A stretch of 19,648 nt of DNA from Alphaproteobacteria bacterium. GTDB taxonomy: Bacteria > Pseudomonadota > Alphaproteobacteria > UBA8317. The translations under genes were made by a program, and so were the position numbers. Below, piece by piece: positions 1-7,690 of this stretch. Numbering within the stretch: position 1 is the first letter of the stretch; every line of letters begins with the position of its first letter. The stretch spans positions 1 through 19,648 of the forward strand of contig JAYPQH010000019.1 of the NCBI GenBank assembly GCA_038131935.1, written 5' to 3'. The notes beneath the pieces are model-generated. The model was not told the origin of the DNA. It worked only from the letters and a program-made list of their open reading frames with translations, and did not search any database.

Positions 1-54
1 GCAGCTGAAGAGGTCATGGATGAAAACCGCACGCTCCTTCAGGCGCTTGCGTGA
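1..54 (+). CDS. 3' end of putative antitoxin (Doc partner, probably AbrB/MazE-like addiction-module antidote); truncated by window edge
   Basis: Frame 1 reads AAEEVMDENRTLLQALA-stop. Its TGA (52-54) overlaps the doc GTG start (51-53) as GTGA, the usual antitoxin-toxin coupling. Family is inferred from position and the amphipathic C-terminal helix only. Confidence 0.65.
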   Translation, partial: AAEEVMDENRTLLQALA

Positions 55-440
55 GCGAACCAATATGGGTTCCAGTGAAAGCGGTTCACATCATTCATGA
101 TCGCCAAATTGCACGTCACGGAGGCATATCGGGGCTTCGTGATAGCGGATTGCTTCAAAACGCTGTGAACCGACCCGTAAACAAATGGCAGTATGAAGAC
201 ACTGATATATTCGAATGTGCAGCCGCGTATGCTTTTGGCATTGCCAAGGCGCATGCATTTGTTGACGGAAACAAACGGACTGCATTTGTCACGAGCGCGA
301 CTTTCTTAAGGTTGAATGGATGGTATTTTGTGACTGAACCCGCAGAAGGTGTCACCTTTATGGAAGGTCTCGCATCAAACGTGGTTTCTGAGGAAGAGTT
401 TAAGAACTGGTTGGGATGTGGTTCTAAGAAAATTCAATAA
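51..440 (+). CDS. doc: Type II TA toxin, death-on-curing (Doc/Fic) family
   Basis: 129 aa with N-terminal IHDRQIARHGG..GLRD.GLL and the Doc-type Fic motif HAFVDGNKRTA. Confidence 0.93.
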   Translation: MSEPIWVPVKAVHIIHDRQIARHGGISGLRDSGLLQNAVNRPVNKWQYEDTDIFECAAAYAFGIAKAHAFVDGNKRTAFVTSATFLRLNGWYFVTEPAEGVTFMEGLASNVVSEEEFKNWLGCGSKKIQ

Positions 441-525
441 TGCTAGCGCTTTTGCATGTCCCAACGTTGGGGTGCTATGGGTAACTCGAATTTAAAAATG
501 CAGATGATGGTAAGTCGCTCGGTGA

Positions 526-554
526 TCGACAAAAGTACGTTTTGGCCTACGCAT
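526..554 (+). promoter_or_regulatory. Candidate yefM-yoeB promoter/autorepression operator
   Basis: TCGACA (526-531, -35-like) is followed by AAAAGTACGTTTT (531-543), with GTAC at 535-538 and a degenerate CTAC at 547-550, 12 bp apart. This resembles the paired TGTACA-core repeats of the E. coli yefM-yoeB operator. The -10 box is poor. Confidence 0.35.
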
Positions 555-573
555 TTTCAAAAGGGTAATTGTC

Positions 574-816
574 ATGACAACTGTGAATGTGACCGAGGCG
601 CAGGCCAATCTGTATAAATTGATCGATGATGCATCTGCGAGCCACGAGCCGGTGGTCATCACTGGCAAGCGTGGAAATGCAGTGCTTCTGGCGGAAGACG
701 ATTGGAACGCGATCAACGAGACATTGTATCTGCTTTCTGTCCCTGGCATGCGTGAGTCAATCATTGAAGGCATGCAGGAAAGCCTCGACGAGACATCAAC
801 TGAGTTAGAGTGGTGA
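574..816 (+). CDS. yefM: Type II TA antitoxin, Phd/YefM family
   Basis: 80 aa: MTTVNVTEAQANLYKLID...HEPVVITGKRGNAVLLAEDDWNAINETLYLLSVPGMRESI, the typical YefM/Axe pattern. Its stop overlaps the next GTG. Confidence 0.93.
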   Translation: MTTVNVTEAQANLYKLIDDASASHEPVVITGKRGNAVLLAEDDWNAINETLYLLSVPGMRESIIEGMQESLDETSTELEW

Positions 817-1075
817 CTTGGACGCTGCACTACACAAAGCAGGCCCAGAATGATTTAAAAAAATCGCGTCCTCTGGCCTCAAAGCCAAGGCGCAAGCGCT
901 TCTAGCAATACTCGAAAAAGACGCTTGGCAAAACCCGCCACCGTTGGCAAAGCTTGTGGGCGATTTGAGTGGGGCTTACTCAAGACGCATCAATATTCAA
1001 CACCGTCTTGTCTATCAGGTTTTGGAAGCAGAAAAGGCTGTAAAAATATTACGGCTTTGGACGCATTATGAATAG
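813..1075 (+). CDS. yoeB: Txe/YoeB-family toxin, interrupted by an apparent 1-nt deletion in an A7 run (857-863)
   Basis: GTG at 813 (GTGA overlap) gives MTWTLHYTKQAQNDLKK. The -1 frame continues IASSGLKAKAQALLAILEKDAWQNPPPLAKLVGDLSGAYSRRINIQHRLVYQVLEAEKAVKILRLWTHYE, stop at 1073-1075. The SRRI..HRLVY and C-terminal HYE motifs mark YoeB. Absent from the ORF track. Confidence 0.88.
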
Positions 1076-1081
1076 AAACAC

Positions 1082-1332
1082 ATGACGCAGCTTTATCAGT
1101 CAAAGATTTTTGCAAACGGTTCAACGACCCTGCCGAAGCCCGTGCGCGATGCGCTCGGCGTCAAAGTAGGTGATCGCGTTCGCTGTTGCATTTTCGGAGA
1201 ATTGTGCAGGCATTAACAATGCGTATGGTTTGTGAATTGGTAGATATGCCCGCTTGGCATGATCAGCCGACTGTATCACTTCGTGAGATGCAAAATGTCA
1301 TTATTTATCGCGCAATCAAGAGTGAAAAATGA
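1082..1332 (+). pseudogene. Degenerate AbrB/MazE/SpoVT-family antitoxin, frameshifted near 1200, no cognate toxin downstream
   Basis: ATG 1082 gives MTQLYQSKIFANGSTTLPKPVRDALGVKVGDRVRCCIFGE (AbrB motif G.TTLPKPVR.ALG...GD.V), stop at 1214-1216. The -1 frame continues VQALTMRMVCELVDMPAWHDQPTVSLREMQNVIIYRAIKSEK to TGA 1330-1332. Confidence 0.7.
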
Positions 1333-1365
1333 CTCAATGAGTCCATTATCTCATACCACCTGATG

Positions 1366-1803
1366 TTAGATCGACACAGGCACCATGGTGCCTGTCATCA
1401 TAGCGATATGGGTTTTGGCGTTACCATGCATCGCCCAGACGTCTGCACGAACCACAACCAATCGCCTACCCTGTTTCACAACATGCCCCTCAGCCAGAAG
1501 ATAATCCCCTTTTGCTGGTGCCAACAAATTGGTCTTCATTTCCGCGGTCAATACGTCAAAACCCTCTTGCATCTGGCTGAGTGCAGCATAGCCTGCTGCC
1601 GTATCGCCTATTGAAAACCCAACCCCCGCATGTGCAAAGCCATGATGCTGCTGCGTTGTTGCCAGCAAGGGACAACGTATACTCACAAAACCAAGCTCAA
1701 CATGAACAAGTTCAGCACCAAGCGTTGACATCATTGATTGAGATGCAAAGCTCTTTTCTATCCTTTGGCGTGCGCGCAATATTTCATATGTATTTTCTGT
1801 CAT
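1366..1803 (-). CDS. PaaI-family hotdog-fold thioesterase
   Basis: SFASQSMMSTLGAEL...QHHGFAHAGVGFSIGDTAAGYAA...VLTAEMKTNLLAPA hotdog motif. ATG at 1803 preferred over GTG at 1830. Confidence 0.88.
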   Translation of the reverse strand: MTENTYEILRARQRIEKSFASQSMMSTLGAELVHVELGFVSIRCPLLATTQQHHGFAHAGVGFSIGDTAAGYAALSQMQEGFDVLTAEMKTNLLAPAKGDYLLAEGHVVKQGRRLVVVRADVWAMHGNAKTHIAMMTGTMVPVSI

Positions 1804-1843
1804 ATTGATGAAGCTGATATTTGTGATCACATAAAGTTAAATC

Positions 1844-2674
1844 TTATTCAGGGATATCCCCAGCCAATGTGATACGGTGTAGCAACCTTCTTTGACCATG
1901 GTAATCATTGATCGGGTAATGCATAGCACAGCGATTATCCCAAATTGCTAAGTCACCATATTTCCACTGTAATCGGCATTGGTATTCCTCCCGTATTTGA
2001 TGACGGTAAAGCATATCAAGAAGGCCTTCTGATTCTTGCTCTGTCCACCCTTCAAACTGTGTTGTGTGGGCTGGGTTCACATACAACGCTTTTTTACCTG
2101 TTTCCGGATGGGTACGAAAAACAGGATGAATACCTTGCAACCAATCTTTATCCACATCCCGACCTGTCTCATCAATGCGTGCTTGTCTTGTCTGGCTGAC
2201 ACGCTTTTTATCCGAACGGAAAACCGCTCGAACACCTTTTAAGGCAGATTTTAACCCTTCGCTCAAACCCTCATAAGCAAGATATTGATTGGAAAAAAGC
2301 GTGTCACCTCCAATGGAAGGCAATTGCTTCGCCAACAACATGGTCGCCATAGGAGGGCGATCTTGATAAGCTGTGTCTGTATGCCAAATACCACCAAAAT
2401 TAACCTTTTCATTCTCTTTTTTGAGAACCGGTGTGATAACATCAAAGCCATCCAAACCTTTCAAAAAAGGATAAGCGACAGGCTGCCCCCAACGTTGAGC
2501 AAATTGTAGATATTGCTCAGATGATAATTCTAGCCCACGAATAACGATGACAAGATGCTCAAGCCATAAATTTCGTAGCTGCGATGTCACTTCATTACTT
2601 AAGGGCTGCGACAAATCTACACCTTCAACATACGCACCCATACCAGCAGACATTGGCGTAACAATGAGAGACAT
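1844..2674 (-). CDS. TauD/TfdA-family Fe(II)/2-oxoglutarate dioxygenase
   Basis: GAYVEGVDL start, WHTD (HxD), GGDTLF, HPVFRTHPETGKKALYVN, WDNRCAMH and RLLHRITL motifs. ATG at 2674 has GGAGG at 2681-2685 on the minus strand. Substrate not established. Confidence 0.92.
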   Translation of the reverse strand: MSLIVTPMSAGMGAYVEGVDLSQPLSNEVTSQLRNLWLEHLVIVIRGLELSSEQYLQFAQRWGQPVAYPFLKGLDGFDVITPVLKKENEKVNFGGIWHTDTAYQDRPPMATMLLAKQLPSIGGDTLFSNQYLAYEGLSEGLKSALKGVRAVFRSDKKRVSQTRQARIDETGRDVDKDWLQGIHPVFRTHPETGKKALYVNPAHTTQFEGWTEQESEGLLDMLYRHQIREEYQCRLQWKYGDLAIWDNRCAMHYPINDYHGQRRLLHRITLAGDIPE

Positions 2675-2827
2675 AACTTTCCTCCAAACATAACATGTGC
2701 AAAAGTTTAATGTCGCTAGAAAGAAGACAGCAAGAGCAAAATGCGCATAGCTAAAATGCATCTTCACCTGTTGCCAAACAACATCTTTTACGATGACATA
2801 TGGTATCTGTAAAAAAGGACTTTTAAA

Positions 2828-3553
2828 ATGCTAGAAGATATCCGTGAACTACTATGTCCCTCTGGAACACTGCGTGTTGGTATTAATCTCAGTAATTTTC
2901 TTCTTGTGTCTGGTGGCGTGGTTGATGGAACCCCAGTTGGGGTAGCTCCAGATATGGCTGCATCTATTGCCCAAAAATTAGATGTCGACATCACATACCA
3001 TTGTTATGAGCGCCCTCATTTATTGGCCAATGATGCGGGAAACGATGTGTGGGACATAGGCCTTATCGGAGCTGAAAAGCAGCGCGCTGAATCCATTAGC
3101 TTTACAAGCGCTTACAGCGAAATAGAAAGTACTTATCTTGTTCCTGCGAACTCACCATTGAAATCCATAGCCGATGTGGATCAACCAGGGGTTAAAATTG
3201 CCGTTGCAGAAAAAACAGCCTATGGATTGTGGCTTGACCTTCATATCAAACAAGCTGAATTGGTTTATGCCTCCAGTCTAGATGCTTCCAGGGATCTGTT
3301 TTTGCAAAACAAGTTGGATGCATTGGCTGGTCTTCGTCCAAAGCTCATTGCTGATCAAGCCATTATAGAAGGTAGCCAAATCATACCTGGATATTTTTCC
3401 ACCGTGCAACAAGCTATTGGAACGCCTATATCAAAAGCGCGTGCAACAGAATTTCTTCAACAATTTGTTGATGACGCTATTTCTGGAGGTCTTGTGGCAG
3501 CACTTATTGAAAAACACCAAGTCATAGGACTGTCCGTAGCATCAAGATCATAG
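2828..3553 (+). CDS. Solute-binding-protein family 3 (polar amino acid type) fold protein, no signal peptide
   Basis: GTLRVGIN..., GVAPDMAASIAQKLDV, WDIG, ISFTSAY, SIADVDQPGVKIAV and LDALAG are typical PBP type 2 segments. AAGGA RBS at 2815-2819. Confidence 0.82.
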   Translation: MLEDIRELLCPSGTLRVGINLSNFLLVSGGVVDGTPVGVAPDMAASIAQKLDVDITYHCYERPHLLANDAGNDVWDIGLIGAEKQRAESISFTSAYSEIESTYLVPANSPLKSIADVDQPGVKIAVAEKTAYGLWLDLHIKQAELVYASSLDASRDLFLQNKLDALAGLRPKLIADQAIIEGSQIIPGYFSTVQQAIGTPISKARATEFLQQFVDDAISGGLVAALIEKHQVIGLSVASRS

Positions 3554-3563
3554 GACACATCAA

Positions 3564-4490
3564 TTGGCCTTTCGTCCTACTGGAAATTTTCTTGGTATTA
3601 TCCTTATTTCCATTGCTGTGCTTGGAAGCCTCACCACATCTATCGTCATTAAATTTTTCCCTCAGGATGTTGGTATAGCTACCCTCTTAGGGTTGAGATT
3701 TGTTGCAGCGATGCCGCCATTAATCTTGCTTGCCTGGTGGATAAGAGGCTGGGATGCTCTTCGTATTGAGCGAACCGATCGAATGATCTTTCGTATGCTT
3801 ATTGGACATACAGCTATTTTATTTTGGTTTCTGTCCGTGCGCCACTTAAGCTTAGGTCAGGCAACTGCATTATCACAGTCCTCCGCTATCTTCGTGACAG
3901 CTTTGGCACCTTTTGTCTTGGGGGAAAACGTAGGGGCACGACGCTGGGCGGCGGTCATCGTTGGTCTTATTGGCGTTATTTTCATTACAAATCCCTTTTC
4001 AGAAGATCTTAACTGGGGAATTTTGTATGGTTTGGGCTCTGCAATCACAGGTGCTTGGTTAGCTATTATCTTACGTATCCTAGGCAAGACAGAACAACCC
4101 ATCACTGTTGCTTTATGGCATAATGGAGCGGGAGCTATAGGATATCCATTAGGCTTGGCATTGATCGTAGGAACACCAACATCCATCACAGATCTTATTC
4201 AAGCACCTCATGGATGGGTTGCAACGGTTGTCATTGGACTTGCGGCAGCCATAATGCAATTTGGTTTCACTTCAGCATATCGACATGGGGAAGCAGCCGT
4301 CATCGTACCCATCCGTTATCTCGCAGTTCCACTCGCAACACTCGTGGGCTGGCTTGGATGGGGTGAGCGTCCATCAGTAGCTGAATACATAGGTATGAGC
4401 TTGGTGATTGGATCTTGCTTATTTATCGCGATGCGCGAATACAAAATACAATCAACAAACCAAACCAAAACCACAAATACGCAATCTTGA
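3564..4490 (+). CDS. DMT/EamA-family transporter
   Basis: About 10 hydrophobic segments in two EamA repeats (LGENVGARRWAAVIVGLIGV; GWLGWGERPS). TTG start after AGGA. Confidence 0.88.
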   Translation: MAFRPTGNFLGIILISIAVLGSLTTSIVIKFFPQDVGIATLLGLRFVAAMPPLILLAWWIRGWDALRIERTDRMIFRMLIGHTAILFWFLSVRHLSLGQATALSQSSAIFVTALAPFVLGENVGARRWAAVIVGLIGVIFITNPFSEDLNWGILYGLGSAITGAWLAIILRILGKTEQPITVALWHNGAGAIGYPLGLALIVGTPTSITDLIQAPHGWVATVVIGLAAAIMQFGFTSAYRHGEAAVIVPIRYLAVPLATLVGWLGWGERPSVAEYIGMSLVIGSCLFIAMREYKIQSTNQTKTTNTQS

Positions 4491-4549
4491 TACAATGCCT
4501 ACCCACGTAATGAAATATATGGCGGCCTAAATAGTCACCTGCGATAAGT

Positions 4550-5419
4550 TCAACCTGTTTGCATCGGACGATCTGTTTTCCCAGCCCATTCGCTCAGAGA
4601 ATTGTCATAAAGTTTCCACGTCTTTTGTCCCAATTGCTCTGCCCAAAAAACAGTGGCACTCGCAGCAATCCCTCCACCACAATAAGCAACCAAGCAGCCT
4701 TCATCAGGAAGATGACAGGAAGAAAAGTGCTCAGCAATAATACCCTCATCAAGAAAATGAGCTCCATCATCAGCGAGTAAACTTTTGGTGGGTATATTGA
4801 GCGAACCTGAAATGCGGCCCGGTCTACCATAATGCGTTCCACCACCTTGATGCTGCTCACGTGACAACGCATTCACCACAAGGTCTCCCTGATCCAAGGC
4901 ATGCTGAACATCTTCCGCCGTGGCAATATACTGCTCTTGGGGTATGCCCTCAAAGTGTTGCGGCGCATACTGAAATCTACCCTGCTCCAAGGGCAGTCCC
5001 TGGCCTACCCAGCCTAATAACCCGCCGTTCAATATACTTACCCTGTTAAAGCCTACTGTTTTTAACAACCACCAAACCCGCGTGGCCCATTGTGGGGAAT
5101 GAGTGGTGTAGAGAACAACATGTGAATCTTGAGAAATGCCCAATTGCCCAAATGACAACTGAAGAGCCTTAAACCCAGGATGCGTGTAACGTAAGGGACT
5201 TGCCGCATCACTTAAATCTCGCTGAATATCGATATAGGCGGCTTGAGGGATATGACCGTTTAACCAATCCTTTTCGCCAGAACCGTGTACATAGGTCTTG
5301 ATGGGATCCGGTATCAATTTTGCGCTACAGTCAAACAGACGCAAACCAGGTTGAGACAACATTTGATTGAGTTGGGCCGCATTGATCACGGCTGGAACGG
5401 TCGTGTCGTCAAATGACAT
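4550..5419 (-). CDS. Two-domain rhodanese / SseA-like sulfurtransferase
   Basis: GHIPQA, ATRVWWLLK..G...VSILNGG, GRISGSLNIP, active-site loop YCGGGIAA and C-terminal LYDNSLSEW. ATG at 5419 follows GAGGTG. Confidence 0.9.
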   Translation of the reverse strand: MSFDDTTVPAVINAAQLNQMLSQPGLRLFDCSAKLIPDPIKTYVHGSGEKDWLNGHIPQAAYIDIQRDLSDAASPLRYTHPGFKALQLSFGQLGISQDSHVVLYTTHSPQWATRVWWLLKTVGFNRVSILNGGLLGWVGQGLPLEQGRFQYAPQHFEGIPQEQYIATAEDVQHALDQGDLVVNALSREQHQGGGTHYGRPGRISGSLNIPTKSLLADDGAHFLDEGIIAEHFSSCHLPDEGCLVAYCGGGIAASATVFWAEQLGQKTWKLYDNSLSEWAGKTDRPMQTG

Positions 5420-5540
5420 ATTCACCTCATCTATCTATTAACATTTGTCTACGGTCTTGTTTGCATACGGTTTCTTGTTTAGCGTCCTTGCTGCTCTTCA
5501 AAAAACGAAACCTTCCAAACCATCTTCAAGGACTATGCGC

Positions 5541-6885
5541 ATGCCAACCCCGTTGTTCAATAGCACTATTTTTGGAAATATGTTTACCACCCCCGCGATG
5601 CAAAAGGTATTCTGTGACGAAAACCTTCTAAAACCTACATTGAGGTCAAATTGCCCTTGCCAAAGTCCAAGCAGACTTGGGGATTATTCCTCATGATGCC
5701 TATCAAACAATTGCAAACCATGCGTCCATAGATCTCATAGATAGAGAAGAATTACAGCGTCGCACAGAAATTGTTGGTTACCCTATTTTGCCGTTGGTTG
5801 AACAACTCAGCGCAAAGTTACCAAACGGACAAGGTCAGTTTCTCCATTATGGTGCCACCACGCAAGATATCATGGACACCGCCTTTATCCTCCAGATGCG
5901 TGAAGGTTTAAACATCCTCTCAAGGGAACTAACGAAGTTGCGTCAACATCTTGTTGATCTTGCCAAAGATCATGCCACAACGGCTATGCCAGGACGTACG
6001 CATTTACAGCATGCATTACCCATCTCCTTTGGTCATAAAGTTGCAGGTTGGCTAAGTGGGCTCGACCGTCATGCGGAACGTTTACAACAACTTAGACCAA
6101 GGTTAGAAGCTGTATCCTTTTTTGGAGCGGCAGGAACCTTAGCCTCTCTTCATGGCCGAGGTATCCAGGTACAAGAAGCTTTGGCATTAAATGGAACTGC
6201 ATGTACCAGATACAAGCTGGCACGATCCGCGATAATATTGCCGAAGCAAGTGGATGGCTTGCCAATGGTAACCGGCAGCATCGGGAAAATGGGTTATGAC
6301 ATTATGTTCATGATGCAGACAGAAATCGATGAGGTGCGAGAACCATTCCTCCCAGGACGCGGTGCGAGTTCGACAATGCCACAAAAACGCAATCCAATAT
6401 CCAGTGAAATTATGCTTGCCAATGCCGCCCTGGTTCGCGCTGAACATGTTACAACTTTAACAGCTATGATTAATGATCACGAGCGCGCAACCGGTCCATG
6501 GCATATGGAGTGGCATGCCATCCCTACTGCCTTCTTATGCACTGCTGGGAGTTTGGAAAGTGCAAATTTTGCCATCGCCGGACTTGAAGTTGATACAAAA
6601 AATATGATGCGCAACCTAAATTCCACTTCGGGATTGATCGTCGCTGAAGCTGTTATGATGGCCCTCGCACCTCATATTGGACGGCAATATGCCCATGATC
6701 TTGTCTATGATTGTTGCCGATCAGCTATTTCAAATCAAACAAGCCTTTATGATCAACTCAGCAAACATGACGAAGTGACCAAAGTGCTAAGCGACGAAGA
6801 ACTGCGCGCATGCACCAACCCACAGAATTATTTGGGTGAGGTCGACGTGATGATCAGCAAGGTTTTAAAAGCACATCATATTTAA
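5541..6885 (+). CDS. Class II fumarase/aspartase superfamily lyase (PcaB/3-carboxy-cis,cis-muconate cycloisomerase- or adenylosuccinate lyase-like); apparent frameshifts at about 5632, 5648 and 6190-6265
   Basis: Motifs HYGATTQDIMDT, MPGRTHLQHALP, GAAGT, signature GASSTMPQKRNP and HER..GPWH.EW. The N-terminus MPTPLFNSTIFGNMFTTPAMQKVFCDE starts at ATG 5541 (AAGGA upstream) in another frame and joins via (T)YIEV(E)IALAKVQADLGIIP. Confidence 0.85.
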
Positions 6886-7682
6886 GAAGATGAAGGATAC
6901 CACTGAGGGTCACGCTTTTCGATAAAACTCGCTATACCCTCGGCTGCTTCCCAACTTTGCCGTTTACGCGCATGAATATCAGCAAGAGCCCGGACATCAG
7001 AGGATGACAAATTTAATCCACAAGCATCCATAATGACCGATTTTGTATCAGCTAGAGCTTCGGGGGCACTTTTTAAAAAGCCATCAATCACCTTAGCTGC
7101 AGTCGTTTCCATATCTTCTAAGGCGCACACCTCATGCACCAAGCCTAGTTCTTGCGCGCGCTTGGCATCAAACTTTTCACAACTCATGGCATAGCGCCGA
7201 ACATGGCGACTTCCCATGGCTTCATTAAGATGTGGTATAATGGGAGCGGCCATCAATCCCCAACGTGTCTCTGAAATTGCAAAAATGGCATTGTCCGCTG
7301 CAATAACGACATCACAAGCTGCCAAGATTCCTGTTCCACCCCCTATGCAGGCTCCTTGCACGAGAGCCATTGTGGGCTTGGAAAGATTATTCAAAAAATC
7401 TACCGCTTGCCCAAGCTTGTATGAAACATCAAAATTTTCTTGTGCAGTACCCTGTGATGTTTGTTTAAGCCAATTTAAGTCTGCACCCGCTTGAAAATGC
7501 TTGCCCTCACCGCGAAACAACAATAGCCGAACATCCTCATCGGCTGCAGCCTCAATCACTGCAGATGCAAGACCATCAACAACTGCACCATTGTATGCAT
7601 TATTTTTCTCAGGTCTATTTATCGTTATTGTTGCAACACCACGTGCATCTTTTTCCCAAAAAACATCCTTGTTGGTCATCAC
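6882..7682 (-). CDS. Enoyl-CoA hydratase/isomerase, methylglutaconyl-CoA hydratase (LiuC/AtuE)-like
   Basis: TITINRPEKNNA, FQAGADL, GACIGGGTGI (first catalytic Glu replaced by Gly) and FAISE (second Glu kept), EAAEGIASFIEKR.P.W. GGAGG RBS; start at 7682 (GTG) or 7679 (ATG). Confidence 0.88.
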   Translation of the reverse strand: MMTNKDVFWEKDARGVATITINRPEKNNAYNGAVVDGLASAVIEAAADEDVRLLLFRGEGKHFQAGADLNWLKQTSQGTAQENFDVSYKLGQAVDFLNNLSKPTMALVQGACIGGGTGILAACDVVIAADNAIFAISETRWGLMAAPIIPHLNEAMGSRHVRRYAMSCEKFDAKRAQELGLVHEVCALEDMETTAAKVIDGFLKSAPEALADTKSVIMDACGLNLSSSDVRALADIHARKRQSWEAAEGIASFIEKRDPQWYPSSS

Positions 7683-7690
7683 ATAACCTC

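Noticed and set aside
460-471. Perfect 12-bp palindrome CCCAACGTTGGG after doc, considered as a terminator or attC-like site
   Set aside because: No U-tract, no second copy and no integron core-site structure; a single short palindrome is insufficient.
492-830. 112-aa minus-strand ORF
   Set aside because: Antisense shadow of yefM with no recognisable motif.
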